Assembly: GCA_951406725.2 (NCBI GenBank)
Contig: OX597818.1
Coordinates: 35,650,001 to 35,714,000 of the forward strand
Length of the DNA stretch: 64,000 bases
From: Octopus vulgaris
Lineage: Eukaryota
Direction: 5' to 3'
Made by a program: the position numbers and the translations under genes. Positions 12,829-28,703 of the stretch are shown one piece after another; within the stretch, counting starts at the first letter, position 1; every line of letters begins with the position of its first letter. The notes under the pieces were generated by a model. That model searched no databases. It was not told the DNA's origin and worked only from the letters and a program-made list of their open reading frames with translations.

Positions 12829-13139
12829 GGCGAGAGGGAGAGCACATGTGCGTATGGGGATGTCAACCTTTTGTGAGATCGCACGCTGTGTGAAACACTG
12901 AATAGTGACGGAGTGAACGAGCAGCTTCCACCAAATAAATATACTCTGTTGCACGCTAAGAATACAGACCCTTTCTTTCTTTCTTTCCTTCTTTCTTTCT
13001 TTCTTTCTTTCTTTCTTTCCATTGCACCTTCAGAAGTATAATCTATTTGTAGAACTATACGTACCTACTTCAAACACACATGTACGTTTGTCTGCATTGT
13101 TGTCCCGTAAATAGTGAGGAGTGCGACAGGTGAATTTAG

Positions 13140-13141
<2 letters not shown>

Positions 13142-13192
<51 letters not shown>

Positions 13193-13607
13193 TAAACATA
13201 TGTATAGATATACGTATGTATGTGTGTGTATGTATGTATGTGTGTGTGTGCATGAATGTATGTGTGTGTATGTATGCGCGTGTGTGTGTGTGTATGTGTG
13301 TGTGTGTATGTATGTGTGTGTATGTATGTGTGTGTATGTATGTGTGTGTATGTATTTGTGTGTATGTATGTATGTGTGTGTATGTATGTACGTACGTATG
13401 TATGTATGTATTTGTGTGTATATATATATATGTACGTACCTATGTATGTATGTATGTGTGTGTATGTATGTGTGTATATGTATGTATGTGTGTGTGTATG
13501 TATTTGTGTGTATATATATGTATGTGTGTATATATGTATGTGTGGTTGTATGTATGTATGTATGTATGTATGTATGTGTGTGCGTGTATGTTTGTATGTA
13601 TGTATGT
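13142..13607. repeat. (TA)n/(TG)n/(TATG)n microsatellite
   Basis: Directly visible. Confidence 0.95.
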
Positions 13608-13881
13608 AAAGGCGCCTTTATTGTACCCAGCGTCTGGCATTGTAATTCATCCGACTGATCATCATTCTGTAAGAACAGGTGTTGCCTAAAGCAATGGAGA
13701 AAGAGCGAACAATCCAGAGAGTAACAGAAAGGAAGCGAGCGAGAGACAGGGAGAAAATAAAAAGAGAGAGTGAGAAAGAGAGAGAGTTAGAGGCAAGTGA
13801 GGTCGGAAGAAAGAGTAAGTAAATAAAGCGGGGGGGGGGCGATGAAAAGGGTATTGATTTTTTTGTCCTTTTATTTTCTTA

Positions 13882-14277
13882 CTAATAGTATCACCCGGCG
13901 CTGCTCAGGTTTGTTCCAACCCTTTAGAATTGGAATTTTTTGAAAAGTAAAAATTTTCCATTATGTAGTTTGTCATTCTCTTTAAGTGAACATTTTTCTG
14001 GTTGAAATACACCGAAAAATGCCGACACAGCAGTCAAAACATCGTAAAAAATAGGGATTTTCATAGAAAAAAAGCGCCTTTTTGATGTAATTAAATTTTG
14101 GTCTTAACACGGTCCAATTTGAATCTTTTCTTCTAAGAAAGGAAGAGCAAGCCTTCTTCTATCATACTCTCAATTTTGGTCAACTTGCACCACAGGTCTC
14201 GGACGAGATAGTGTTGGTTGAAGGCTACCAAACCTGCCATACACAGACAACTACAGCTTTATATATATATATATAGT
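13882..14277 (-). mobile_element. Non-autonomous Helitron, diverged family sharing the H1 3' end
   Basis: CTAATAGTATCACCCGGCGCTGCTCAGGTTTG is a degenerate H1 3' end and hairpin. Other end ...CACAGACAACTACAGCTTTATATATA resembles the H1 5' end. Confidence 0.55.
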
Positions 14278-14444
14278 CTCAGGTCAATTTGGAGATTGAG
14301 GAGACCAATGATTAGACGTATAGCCAGATGTGGCCATCCTGTGTACATAGTAGATATTGGTTAGCAAAATCATTATGAGTGGAATTCGATAGACAGAAAC
14401 TTACCAGTAGACGACCGCCGCGTGTGTATTCATATATAAATAAA

Positions 14445-16542
<2,098 letters not shown>

Positions 16543-16559
<17 letters not shown>

Positions 16560-16650
16560 CTCCATTCCTGCTCCTATAATCCACTCCTGTGCCCATGGCC
16601 ACTCTTTGCGCCTATAACCACTCTTGCACCTGTAGCTACTCGTGCGTGTG
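16543..16650. repeat. ~18-bp minisatellite derived from the SINE C 5' end
   Basis: About 6 degenerate units of (A)GCCACTCCTGCGCCTAT, contiguous with the SINE head. Confidence 0.65.
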
Positions 16651-17026
16651 TATGCTTGCCTTACCCAGTATTATGTCATATGTCATGTGCTTTTATGTCA
16701 TTTACTTAGAAGTGCAGCTAACAGTGCCAATAAAATATATAACAAACTGAACTACCGTATGACTAACTAAAATGGGTGTAGGTGGTGCCCCAGGACGAAC
16801 CAAGACCAATAACTAAAGTCAGTAGAAGAAAGAATTAAGTGTTCTGTATTTTGGACATTATCTAAATGTATGATTCTTGGAGATTTGGTTGCTATCTTTT
16901 GCAAGTCGAGTAACCTCGCGAAGCTGATGATGTTCTTCAGTCCCAATTCAGCTCTGATGTCAAAGGAGAGAGCGAAATGCATTCCAGCCTGTTTTTTTAA
17001 AACAGAGTGTATAATGTAGTAGTAGT

Positions 17027-17395
17027 GGAACTCCGTCGGTTACGACGACGAGGGTTACAGTTGATTCGATCAACGGTACAGCCTGCTCGTGAAATTAACG
17101 TGCAAGTGGCTGAGCATTCCACAGACACGTGTACCCTTAACGTAGTTCTCGGGGGAGATTCAGTGTGTCAAGGCTGGCCCTTTGAAATACAGGTACAACA
17201 GAAACAAGAAGATAGAGTGAGAGAAAGTTGTGGTGAAAGAGTTGAGCAGGGTTCGCCACGACCCACTACCGGAGCCTCGTGGAGCTTTAGATGTTTTCGC
17301 TCAATAAACACTCACAACGCCCGGTGTGCGAATCGAAACGGTGACCCTACGACTACGAGTCCGCTGCCCTAACCACTGGGCCATTGCGCCTCCAC
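17027..17395 (-). mobile_element. tRNA-derived SINE family T
   Basis: Reverse complement of the 31292-31674 family (TGGAGGCGCAATGGCCCAGTGGTTAGGG ... CCCTCGTCGTCGTAACCG). Confidence 0.8.
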
Positions 17396-17398
17396 GTG

Positions 17399-17436
<38 letters not shown>

Positions 17437-17454
17437 CATACATACATACATACA

Positions 17455-17518
<64 letters not shown>

Positions 17519-18696
17519 GTAACACATTAAATAATGCCTTTCCCCTCAATGGCATATAAATACGTCTTTACTGCCTTTTTTAGCAGGTCAAGTGACTCCA
17601 TATATACATCATTGTTGGCTTGTTGAAAGTAGTTGTAAGAAAAAAAAGAAAATAATGGAATAAACGTTAAGTAGAAAGAACAACGAAAAGAAGCATAAAA
17701 TGGCCAAGATGTCACGAAGACCTCTATGAAAGAAAGTTAAAGAAACGATGGAGAAAGAAATGGAAGTGATACAGGTGAGGTTATTAGGATTCGGAAGAAA
17801 AGAAAAAATGAGAAGAAAGTGTAGCGCTGGAGAAACAAATTTGCTGATAAAGATATATTAGAAATGGGGATCATAAAAATGGAAGTAGAAATCGGTGATA
17901 AAGCTAGGGAAAGAAGAGTTAGAGAAGAGATAGGGAACGAGTAAGAGTCTGTGAGAGAGAGGGAGAGAGAGGGAAGGAGAGAGAGAGAGAGGAAGTGAGT
18001 GGAAAGGAGGATGACGTAACAGTGTAGACAAAGACGTTGAAGGGCAAATAGGTATAACGTTCGTAAAATTTAGAAAATGAAGCTGGAAAAGGTGTTGGGG
18101 AATGACTAGACGAGCTAGAAATGCCGAGAGGAAACGAAATACAAAGATTACAGAGAAATATGAAGGGAGATATAGAAAAACAGAATGAGAGGGAGAGAGT
18201 CAGGTGGGGAGTGTGAGTGAGCGAACGAGTGAGTGAGTGAGTAAGTGAATGAGAGAGACAGAGATAGAAAGAGCGAGAAAGAAGGCCACACAAAGAAAGG
18301 AACAATAAAGGAAGCTTAAATAGATAGATATTTGTACTGGAAATAAAGAAGGGGGTTGAAAAGAGAAACCGGTAATAAAGGAAGGACTAGCGAAGCAGAC
18401 AGTAAAATCGAGTTTGTTTGTTAGCAATAGGGTTGAAATGCTTTCGCTGTCTGTACAGACATAAAGTGTGACCAACTAGAAATAAATGTAGAGTTAACAG
18501 CCATCTTTGTAACTAAGCGAGCCTGTATTATAATCCATACCGAACAGATGTTTCACACCTCAAGTTCTCAGGTTACAGAAATATAATGAAAGAGCAGTGA
18601 GGACTGGTGTAAGGGGAGATTTGATGTGATCGATTGATGATTAAGTATGTCGTCATTCGGTCCGGTGTATTGTTATAAAAACAATGATATCTATCA

Positions 18697-18728
<32 letters not shown>

Positions 18729-18757
18729 ATCTGTCTGTCTCTCTCTCTATCTGTCTC

Positions 18758-18799
<42 letters not shown>

Positions 18800-18818
18800 A
18801 CTATCAATCACTTGGTCA

Positions 18819-18875
<57 letters not shown>

Positions 18876-18964
18876 AACACAGCAATACAGTACCGTATAG
18901 TATGGAAAGGGATTGTCAATGGAGTTCCGACCAACCATAGGCTGGTCGAAGGATGATGATGATG

Positions 18965-19023
<59 letters not shown>

Positions 19024-19861
19024 GATCGATCGATCTATCTATCTATCGATAACTGTATGTGTTTGTCTGTCTGTCTGTCATTCTTTCTTTCTTTCTTTCT
19101 TTCTTTCCCCCTCCCTCTCTCTCTGTTCGTCTCTGCACATACACTCATATATATCACGTTCTCAGCTGTTGCATGGCCTACATTCACAATTCTCGTATAC
19201 CTTTTATTTACTATTATTTTTAGTGTCGATGCAATATGGTGAGAAGTTATATGACTTCATTATTTACAAATAATTAGGGCTACGAACTGAAAGAATCGTT
19301 AAAAACGTCGGGAAACAAAAATGCCATGCGGTAATTTTTTCGGCTCTATGATTTTCTATCCGACTTCAAATTCCATCGTGTTCAAATTTGCTTTTCTCTT
19401 CTTCGATGTCAATAAAATAAAGTACTAGAGAAATAATGGATTTAAGTCGAAGGCTCGAGTAACGCCGACCCTTCAAAATTACTGGACTTTTACCTAAATT
19501 ACGAACAATTAATTGTAAGTAATCACCGTTGAATTAGCAGTACAGGTACAACTGCTTCCTGGACATTGATGGTCCGGACAAAAAACTTACAGTCCGCACT
19601 AATTTACATTAATGAACAGGTAACCCATATTACATTTGATTATTTAAGCAAATTTAACATTCCTTTAATTTAGATCATTGGTTCTCAGCCGGAGTCCATA
19701 TGGTCCTTAGGAGAGTAAAAGATTTATATAAGATTTATTGTTAAAGTTTATATGCCATAAACTAATTATACTTCTACAAAACACAAAAATATTTAAATTA
19801 TTTTTTTAATAGAATTCTTAATATTTAATTATCAAAGTACACTAGGATTTTTTTTTATATA

Positions 19862-20468
19862 CAGTAATCCCCCGACTATCGCCGGTGTTAAGTTCCAAAA
19901 CACCCCGCGATAGGTGAAAATCCGCGAATTAGAAACACTGCTGTACTTTTTTATTTGTTTCAGCCATTTAACTGCAGACATGCTGGAGCACTGCTGTTAG
20001 TCGAGCAAATCGACTCCAGGACTTTTTTTTTTGTAAGCCTAGTGCATATTCTTTCTGTCTCTTTTGCCGATCCGCTAAGTTACGGGATGTAAACACACCA
20101 ACATCGGTTGTCAAGCGATGATGGTGGGAGGACCGACACACACACACACACACACACACAAATATATATTCCGTCCACCAAATCCACTCACAAGGCTTTA
20201 GTCGGCCCTAGGCTACAGTGGAAGACACTTGCCCAAGGTGATACGTAGTGGTACTGAACCTGGAAACATGTGGTTGGAAAGACAGCTACCTACCACACAG
20301 CCATTCCTGTATATCTTTTTTTATTATTTTCATAATCTGTATATATTTATTTTATAAATACAAATCAACACTACGGAGGTCGACGCAAGCTTAAATAATA
20401 AACCTCGATAGGTGAACCGCGATAAACGAACCGGGATAAGTGAACCGCAATATAGCGAGGGATTACTG
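19862..20468. mobile_element. pogo/Tigger-type MITE nested in the hAT MITE
   Basis: TIRs CAGTAATCCCCCG / CGAGGGATTACTG, TA on both sides, subterminal CGATAGGTGAA repeats. Confidence 0.75.
19945..20310 (-). mobile_element. SINE family C nested in the pogo MITE
   Basis: Homology to 34636-35041. Confidence 0.75.
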
Positions 20469-20803
20469 TACATTGAATGGCTATGGAGGTCCAGGAGAGT
20501 AAAATTGGAACTAAAGGGGTCAGTGACAGAAAATGGTTGAGAACCACGGATTTAGAGTTTTCTGACCAAAGCGACTACTCTTGTTTCGGAAAATTCATAA
20601 ATCCGCGAAGGCTTTGAAAACAAAGGTCCCGGAAAATCGATGTTGTCCCTGTATGAGTTGAGCAGCAGATAAAATGTCTTGCAGTATTTGGTTATGTACC
20701 TTTACGTTCTATGTTAAAATCTCGAGACCGACAATGCGGTACTATTGACTGCTTGGGTCGGTCAAAATATCGGCTGTACCTTTCCAACAACATTCTCTCT
20801 TAA

Positions 20804-20834
<31 letters not shown>

Positions 20835-20835
20835 C

Positions 20836-20882
<47 letters not shown>

Positions 20883-20885
<3 letters not shown>

Positions 20886-21075
20886 AATTAAAAAAAACAA
20901 AAGACGAAGACAGGTGATGTAGATAACAAACAGATGTATTAGTTTAAAGCTCGGGAAGTGAAAAAGTCTTTAACGTTTCGAGCCTACGCTGTTCTACAGA
21001 AAGGAACACAAAGGAACAAGGAGAGAAAATAGAGAAAATATAGAATGTGTAGTGGCTAGCGCTCTATCATAGCGA
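20883..21075 (-). mobile_element. HHR-bearing repeat P2 copy 2 (HHR-like motif 20967-21004)
   Basis: Minus strand: ccttt-CTGTAGA-A-cagc gtag gctc-GAAACGTT-aaaga, with one stem II mismatch. Confidence 0.65.
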
Positions 21076-21130
21076 ATGCCGGGCAAAAGGGTCCGTCCTT
21101 GTGTTAGAAAATAAGAGTAATAATATGTGA

Positions 21131-21170
<40 letters not shown>

Positions 21171-21525
21171 TCACACATTAAACGCTCGCCGAGTTAAACT
21201 GTTTACTCATCCGTGTTCAAATTATTGCTGGTATCAACGATGACTTTGAATACCTTTTCGCATGACGATTATAAAATAAATACTAGTTACGTACTGGCGT
21301 GAAATTCAATCATTTATATTGAATTCTTTCCTAAAGTTCCTATTTGCTCTATGCTTTTAAGTATTTCCTCCTGTTGCTTATATTCTGAGTTCAAATGCTG
21401 CCGGGGTTAACTTTGCTTTTCATTTCTCTGCAGGTCGACAAAGGTCTAATCATTTACCGTGGATTCCACTGAAATTTCAGTTTGTGTTAGAAAATAAGAA
21501 TAATAATTTTTATCAAATTTTATTA

Positions 21526-21955
21526 AGGTGACGAAGTAGCAGAATCGTTAGTACGTCGGGTAAAATGCTTAACAGCATTTCGTCCGTTCAGAGTTCAATT
21601 TTCGCCGAAGTTGACCTTACCTTTCATCATTTCGGGGATGATAAAATAAGAACCAGTTGAGAACTGGAGTCTATGTAAAATACTTACTCCTCGCCGAACT
21701 TTCTGGCCTTGTGCCAAAATTTGAAACCATTATTATTGTAAGGCGATGAGCTGGCAGAACCGTTACTGTACCGGAAAAATGCTCAGCGGAATTCGTCCGT
21801 CTTCTCTTCAGAGTCGAAACTCCGCCGAGGTTGACTTTACCTTTCATCCTTTCGGGGTCGATAAATTAAGTACCAGTGAAACACCGGGGTCGTTGCAATC
21901 GATTATTCCTTCTCCCCACAAAATTTCAGACATTGTGTCTAGAGTAGAAAAGGTT
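21526..21955 (+). mobile_element. Two diverged SINE M copies with tail B
   Basis: Core CCTTTCATC.TTTCGGGG and tail-B-like ends. Confidence 0.65.
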
Positions 21956-22129
21956 ATCATTATTAAGGTCCAGGTATGTTTTTATTCTCCTTTATGCATC
22001 ACATACCACCTTATCGACTGTGTTTCTTTTTGTAAAATCAGCAAGATACTGGTATAGTTTGAGGGAAATCAACTGCTATTTCTAGAAGATCGAGTGAACG
22101 AGATTAGTTTCTAGCTATTTAATTTCAGA

Positions 22130-22978
22130 AGAACAATCAACAAGCAAATCTATGGTGGAAGGGGATTCACCCATGACATATTATATTTTGTGCAGCCTGA
22201 TATAGAGAGTCCTTCCTATTTTAAAGATTGTGTGAAATAATAATGTTCTCACTCTCATAGTCTAGAGAGGTTAACACGATTCGTTTAAAGATCGATTTTC
22301 AAATTGCTGAAAATCTTTTGCTAGATATTGCTTTCTAGATAAAGAGGTACTTCTGTGCTTGAAAAAATATACATAAAAGATAATCCTTTTAGGCGTTTCA
22401 TGGCACGGAGACTGACGAATGGAAAATGGCGGTGATGTGAGATAGAGAGATGTGAAGAATGTATAATTTTTGTTTATTCGTGGGGAGGGAAAGATACCAT
22501 TGGCACATCCAAGAGAACAAAGGCTGCTGTAGTTATTGTTACAATAAACACAAAGGCAGACTTGTGTGTTATCAGCTATAGAAGGAAAGTGAGAAAAAAA
22601 AAGACAAAAACTTGTCGATCAGGTGTACTACGGATTTCTTTTCAATGACTGCTATTATGTTAGCAACTCAGAGTGCACTGTCCCACACAAAAGTGTGTCT
22701 ACCTATTTTAGATCATGTATGTACAAATTTAAATATGTTTTGTGTAGTATGTATTAAGCAGGTGTATGATTGTATGTGTACATTATATATATAAATATGT
22801 GTGTGTTTGTGTGTGTGAGTGTGTGTGTATATGTGTGTGTATGTGTGTGTGTGTGTGTGTATGTATATATATATGTATATATATGTATATGTATGTATAT
22901 ATATGTGTACGTATGTATATATATATGTATGTATATATGTACGTATATATATATATGTATATATATAGGTATATATAC

Positions 22979-23021
<43 letters not shown>

Positions 23022-23025
23022 CATA

Positions 23026-23082
<57 letters not shown>

Positions 23083-23783
23083 GTGTATATATAAGTGTAT
23101 GTATATATATATATACGTGTGTATATATAAATATACATATATACATATGTATATACAGATACATATATACATATACATATATATATATATATGCATATGC
23201 ATATATATATATATATATGCATATGCATATGCATATATATATATATACATATACATATATGCATACATATATATACGCATACATACATACATACATATAT
23301 ATATATATATTGAAGTCTGTTATAATTTATAGAATATGGAGATGCGGATAGACGATCCAATAAGTAGGAGACGAATAATTTAGAGGTCAGTGGGTCGCAT
23401 TCAGCCATCGGCATTGCATCGTATCCGCATCCAAACCCATATACCTTAATAGATAAAGACATCTTTCTTTAAGCAACTACCAGAATATATCTGGTGGAAG
23501 CAACAGCACCCTTTAATCAACCAATGTTTCGTACGGCCCCAATTTTGAGCTAAAATCTCGTCGAAGCCAAGAAAAGGACGAAAGGAGGAATTATGAGCAT
23601 GATGCGGCGGGGGTAAACCAGCACATGCTGTCGGGCCCCGCTCCTGATATTGGAAGTTGCATTCTATGCCTTGACCCGAGCGTAGAACAGGCTGGCTTCT
23701 TTGAACTGGGAAATGAATGGAATTCCTGATGTGTGTCTTGTTGAGGCTATCCCCTCCTAAAAAAATGAGGATTAGGCCTAGGA

Positions 23784-23860
<77 letters not shown>

Positions 23861-23985
23861 CACACACATATATATATATACATACACACACATATATATA
23901 CATATGTATACACACACACATATATATATACATACACATACACACACACACATATATATACATATATATACATATATACATATCT

Positions 23986-24018
<33 letters not shown>

Positions 24019-24029
24019 CATACATATAT

Positions 24030-24060
<31 letters not shown>

Positions 24061-24600
24061 CATACATATATACACACATATATATATATATATACATACA
24101 TACATACACACACACATACATACATATACACACACACATATATATATACATATATGAAGAATATTATAGAATGACCTTTTTAAATCCTCTAATGTGTGCA
24201 AGGCGTTAATTTTACAAACGAGGATTGGAATTATCTTGTTATGTAATCAATGGAGTGGGGGAAATAATCATAATATTTCCAGGCCCTTCTTAGAAATGTG
24301 AAATTAGTTTATTTCATGGAGAACGTAAGGATCTTTGGGCCTATGCTGTATGAATGCGTTTGAGGATACTTTGAGAGACATCAGATTTACGAGAATGTGG
24401 GTTTGAGTTATCCTTCAGCGAGCATGGTTTAATGGAACGATATGGAAGGAAATTTCCAATCTAAGTGATGAATGACAAGTGAAGGCGTGCAAATTCATCG
24501 GGGAGTGCACACGCTAGTCTGAGAGAAACGGTCAAAAGGTTTTTCCCAATAGCAAGTAAAATGTTATATTCGACCAAATTTTTAAGAGTTACAGATTATT
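22130..24600 (-). pseudogene. Highly degenerate LINE (CR1/L2-like) remnants split by long microsatellites
   Basis: Only weak, frameshifted peptide hints on the minus strand. Interrupted by microsatellites at ~22785-23310 and ~23785-24155. Confidence 0.25.
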
Positions 24601-24849
24601 GTTTAAAGTAAATAGATAGGAGCACTCCGTCAGTTACGACGACGAGGGTCCCAGCTCTACCTGGCTCTATCTGGATGGTGAATAGGTGTGGTCTCCACTC
24701 GTTAAACGGATGTTCCCCAGTTTTACTAGTTTTGGTGGTAGAGAAGACTGGTTTCGTCGAAGATCAAAGTTGGGTACCTTGTATACGGAGTGCCGCAGAG
24801 CTCTCCTCCAGTTCCGCAACTCGGACAATGCCAGCGGTTTCGGTACCAC

Positions 24850-25690
24850 AGTGGCTTAACATAGTAGGTTGGTAGAGGCTGGAAATGATGAAGCTCTGGG
24901 AAGGACCCTGGGTCTTGATGACAATCAGTTAGACAGCCTGTTCCGAAGAACATTCGGGTCGAAGACACTGGATAACTTCCAAACGTTTTTGGCCTGGCAG
25001 TGTTATCGAAGAGCCCTACCCGCTCGGGATTAGCTCACCAGACACGGCCACCCTGGGCCGTCGGCCTGTCCAAAGTGCTGGTGGGACGTGGAAACGGTCC
25101 CGCAAGCTAATGTTCAGTGTCCGGGTATATCAGAAGTGTGAACTTATGCAGAACACCTGTTGTCAGATGGGAGAAGAGTACAGCTGTCGTCTGAGTCAAT
25201 TCTAAAAATTAACCCAGCGGATTTCCTTACGGAAGAAGGTAAGACTTGTTTTTTCGTTGTAGTAGCAATTGCGAGAGAGGTGATATGGAAGTCGAGAAAG
25301 AAAGGTACTGTGACATACAGCTTTGTCCCCAGCCTTGATTTGCTGAATGTTTTCACTTTTCACCTGAAAGGAAAGGTGGGGTTGGAAAGGAGGTGTCTGT
25401 CAGAGTGTATGTTCAAAAAAAGATGGACGCATGTAGCACGTATGCTGGGAGTGAAAGGCTTTGCGTGAGCACGTCATAGACTACCAAAGGTGTCGGTTGA
25501 GAAGACAGGGCTCGTGGGGTCGGAGCATGCCTGTTTTTAAAACCTAATATTGTCATTGTATGTTATTGTCTTTTGTGTCCCATGCGATTTTCTTTCATTT
25601 TGTCATTATAAATTTTTATACCATCTGTTGTATATGACCCCCAGGTCATATTGTGTTGTCTATGTGAGCTTGTAATAGGTAAAAAGAAAA
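24850..25690 (+). pseudogene. L1/Tx1-clade LINE ORF2 C-terminal fragment plus 3' UTR
   Basis: CPKCWWDVETVPQANVQC near 25068 resembles the CxxC..ET..H...C zinc knuckle. Followed by ...AREVIWKSRKK...FKKRW (ORF 25160-25468). Confidence 0.55.
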
Positions 25691-25885
25691 AGCAACGAGC
25701 TAGCAGAATTGTATGAGTGTCGGAAAGGTGCTTTACGGTATTTTTCTTGCTGTCGATGTTCTGAGTTCAAATCCCTCTGAAATCAACTTTCTCTTCCGTG
25801 GTCAATAAGATATAGTATTAGTCAAATACCAGCATCGATGGAACCGACTACTAACTCCTATCCCTCAAAATTATTGGCTTGTACC

Positions 25886-28076
25886 TTAACTCTTTTAAAG
25901 CGTTTGACGTAAATGTTCGCACGTAATGTACATTCTTTAAATCGCTCGAGGGAAATATACGCCGCCTGACTTACAACCTATTACCTGAGTTAGTACCAGT
26001 CCACCTTCCGACTGATAGACTGATTAGATATTTCATGTAAATATTTTAAACCCGATAGGCTGATCCTGTCATTCCGGCTCCGTCAACTTCGTCATCACGT
26101 CCTGTGTCATCGAATTCCTCGTCGTCGCGCCAAGCTCCACCAAGCTCCACCACCTCACCAGTTGTTTCTTCCGGTTCGGATGATTACTCGGAGAGTGAGT
26201 ATTTTCCTAGCTCAGAATCAGATGATTCCGATAGCGATAATAATATTCCGGTGAATCAAATGTATAAGTTGGCAGCAGTGAATGGCCCTGGACGATAGAA
26301 TATCGTGTGGCGAGCGAGAGACATTTTCGTCTGACGGCATGGGTTTACTGGTACGCCTGGTATAAAGGCAAACCTTGAACATATGACGGATAAAATGTTC
26401 CAATATATAGCGGACGAAACGAATGACTATGCTGAAAATCATCCCCAGCATGTCAGACCCGGGCATGGCGGTGATTGGTTTCTAATCACGGGACAAAATC
26501 AAAGTTCTGCTTGCCCTGCTGATACTGATAGGTGTTGTGAGGAAACAGAACCTGGCGTCATTTGGGAATCGGGAACCAACCACATCGATACCTTTCTTTC
26601 CGGAAACGATGCTGTGATCGATTCTTGACGCTTCTTCGAAATCTACATTTCAACACAGATGAGAACCAGGATGACAGGCTGCATAACATACGTCCTTTCG
26701 TTGACGAAGTGGCTGAAAATTTCAAAATGGCGTATGCCCCCCCCCCCACCACACTACAGTTGTACAGACGAGAGTTTGTGGAAATTCAAGAGAAGACTTC
26801 GATTCAAACAATACAACCCGACCAAACATACCCGCTTTGGAGTCAAGGTTTATAAATTGTGCCAGTCAACTGGCAGAACCTGTGGGTACACGTGGAATTA
26901 CAAAATCTACACTTCTCAGGACAGATTGGATCTTCCAGCGTCTACTACAACGTCAACTGATGTTGTGTTGTCGTTGTATGAAAACTTGCCTGACAAAGGT
27001 TACAATATTTATATGGACAACTGGTTTTCTAGTCCAGACCTCTTCCTGAAGTTGCAGGCGAGGAGGACTAATGCTTGTGGGAGTGCGAGGACACACAGGA
27101 AACATTCCACCAGATCTTCACAAGATAAAACTTCGAAAGTAGGAAACAACGTACCGAAGCACCGATAGTGGCGTCCTCGCTCGAGTGTGGCGTGACAAGA
27201 AAAATGTCTGCATGTTATCCACAATGCATTCTGCAAGCATGAAGGACATCAGGAAGCAAGATGCGGACGGTAATGCTATAATTAAACCGAGTGTAGTTGT
27301 TTCATATAGTGAAGGGATGGGCAGGGTCGATCGCTCAGATCAGTTGGTGGCGACACACAAATCGGTGAGAAAAATTTTTAAATGGTACAAAACAATTTTC
27401 TTGTATATAGTTGACATATGTGTCGTGAACTCACATTTGATTTGGCAGATGCTTGGCGGTGTTGGGGATAGATTGACATTCAGGAATCTATTGTTTCGTG
27501 GAATGATAGAAGCATCAGACCTGCCAAAGTACAGAACGCGTGGACGTCCCGGACATTTTCCACGACTGTTTCTCCCAACAGTCAAGAAGACAAATACTTC
27601 AAAGAGATGCACAGTATGTAAAACAAAAGGGAAACGTAAGGAAACTAGATACCATTGTTCACAAAGTGATATGTCACGGTATGTGGTACCCCGTTTTAAA
27701 CCCTACTACACTAAAGCTAATTTTTGAATTCACATGATTGTAAAAACATGAAGTTGATACTTGTGCTGTCAAGTGATCTCATTCAGGAATAATACCACTG
27801 GAGCATCATGCACAGGGATATAGTTTAGGTAAATAAACAGTACTTGCACTAAAGTGATTGACGTAAATATACGCCGAACGTTATCTTGCATTATCGTTGC
27901 CGCGCGTTGGTGACCGTATGAATCACCGCCGTAAACTGGTTGAAGCGATTGATGTAAATATGCGCCGAACCATTGTCGTGCGCTAATTGCCGATCTCAAC
28001 CGAGATGATTACCGTCAATGCAACCTAGTTGATTGATTAAAAAATTAAAAACAAAAACGTTGTCAATGGCGTTAAA
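25886..28076 (+). mobile_element. piggyBac DNA transposon, degenerate, near full length
   Basis: Left end TTAA|CTCTTTTAAAGCGTTTGAC. Right end GTCAATGGCGTTAAA (reverse complement TTTAACGCCATTGAC, 12/15 match to left). Subterminal TGA(C/T)GTAAAT motifs at both ends. Encloses the transposase pseudogene. Confidence 0.7.
26104..27727 (+). pseudogene. piggyBac (PGBD4-like) transposase, frameshifted
   Basis: Acidic N-terminus; LRNLHFN..DRLHNIRPF; TDESLWKFKRRL; YNPTKHTRFGVKVYKLC; IYMDNWFSSPDLF; GMGRVDRSDQ; KWYKTIF; Cys-rich end RCTVC..RKETRYHC. Split across at least 5 ORFs. Confidence 0.92.
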
Positions 28077-28106
28077 TCTGAAATCATGACGGTAGTATGG
28101 AAATAT

Positions 28107-28703
28107 TTATTTCATTGCCCACGGGGTGCTAAACATAGAGGAGACAAACAAGGACAGACAAAGAGATTAAGTCGATTACATCGACCCGAGTGCATAACTG
28201 GTACTTATTTAATCGATCCCGAAAGAATGAAAGGCAAAGTCAACCTCGGCGGATTTTGAAGTCAGACCATAACAGCAGACGAAATACCTATTTCTTTACT
28301 ATCCACAAGGCGCTAAACACAAAGAGGACAAACAAGGATAGACAAACGGATTAAGTCGATTATATCGACCACAGTGCGTAACTGGTACTTATTTAATCGA
28401 CCCAGAAAGGATGAAAGGCAAAGTCGACCTCGGCGGAATTTGAACTCAGAAGGTAGCGGCAGACCAAATACCTATTTCTTTACTATCCACAAGGGGCTAA
28501 ACACAGAGAAGACAAACAAGGACAGACAAACGGATTAAGTCGATTATATCGACCACAGTGCGTAACTGGTACTTATTTAATCGACCCCGAAAGGATGAAA
28601 GGCAAAGTCGACCTCGGTGGAATTTGAACTCAGAACGTAACGGCAGACGAAATACGGCTACGCATTTCGCCCGGCGTGCTAACGTTTGTGCCAGCTCCCC
28701 GCT
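28107..28703 (-). mobile_element. SINE family M trimer
   Basis: Three ~180-bp core+tail units in tandem behind one head. Confidence 0.85.

Larger units (their letters stand above)
19676..20549. mobile_element. hAT (Charlie-type) MITE
   Basis: TIRs CATTGGTTCTCAGC / GTTGAGAACCACGG. 8-bp TSD ATTTAGAT (19668-19675) / ATTTAGAG (20550-20557). Confidence 0.7.

Noticed and set aside
28107-28703. Regularly spaced repeats resembling a CRISPR array
   Set aside because: Whole ~180-bp units repeat with no unique spacers; a SINE multimer in eukaryotic DNA with no cas genes.
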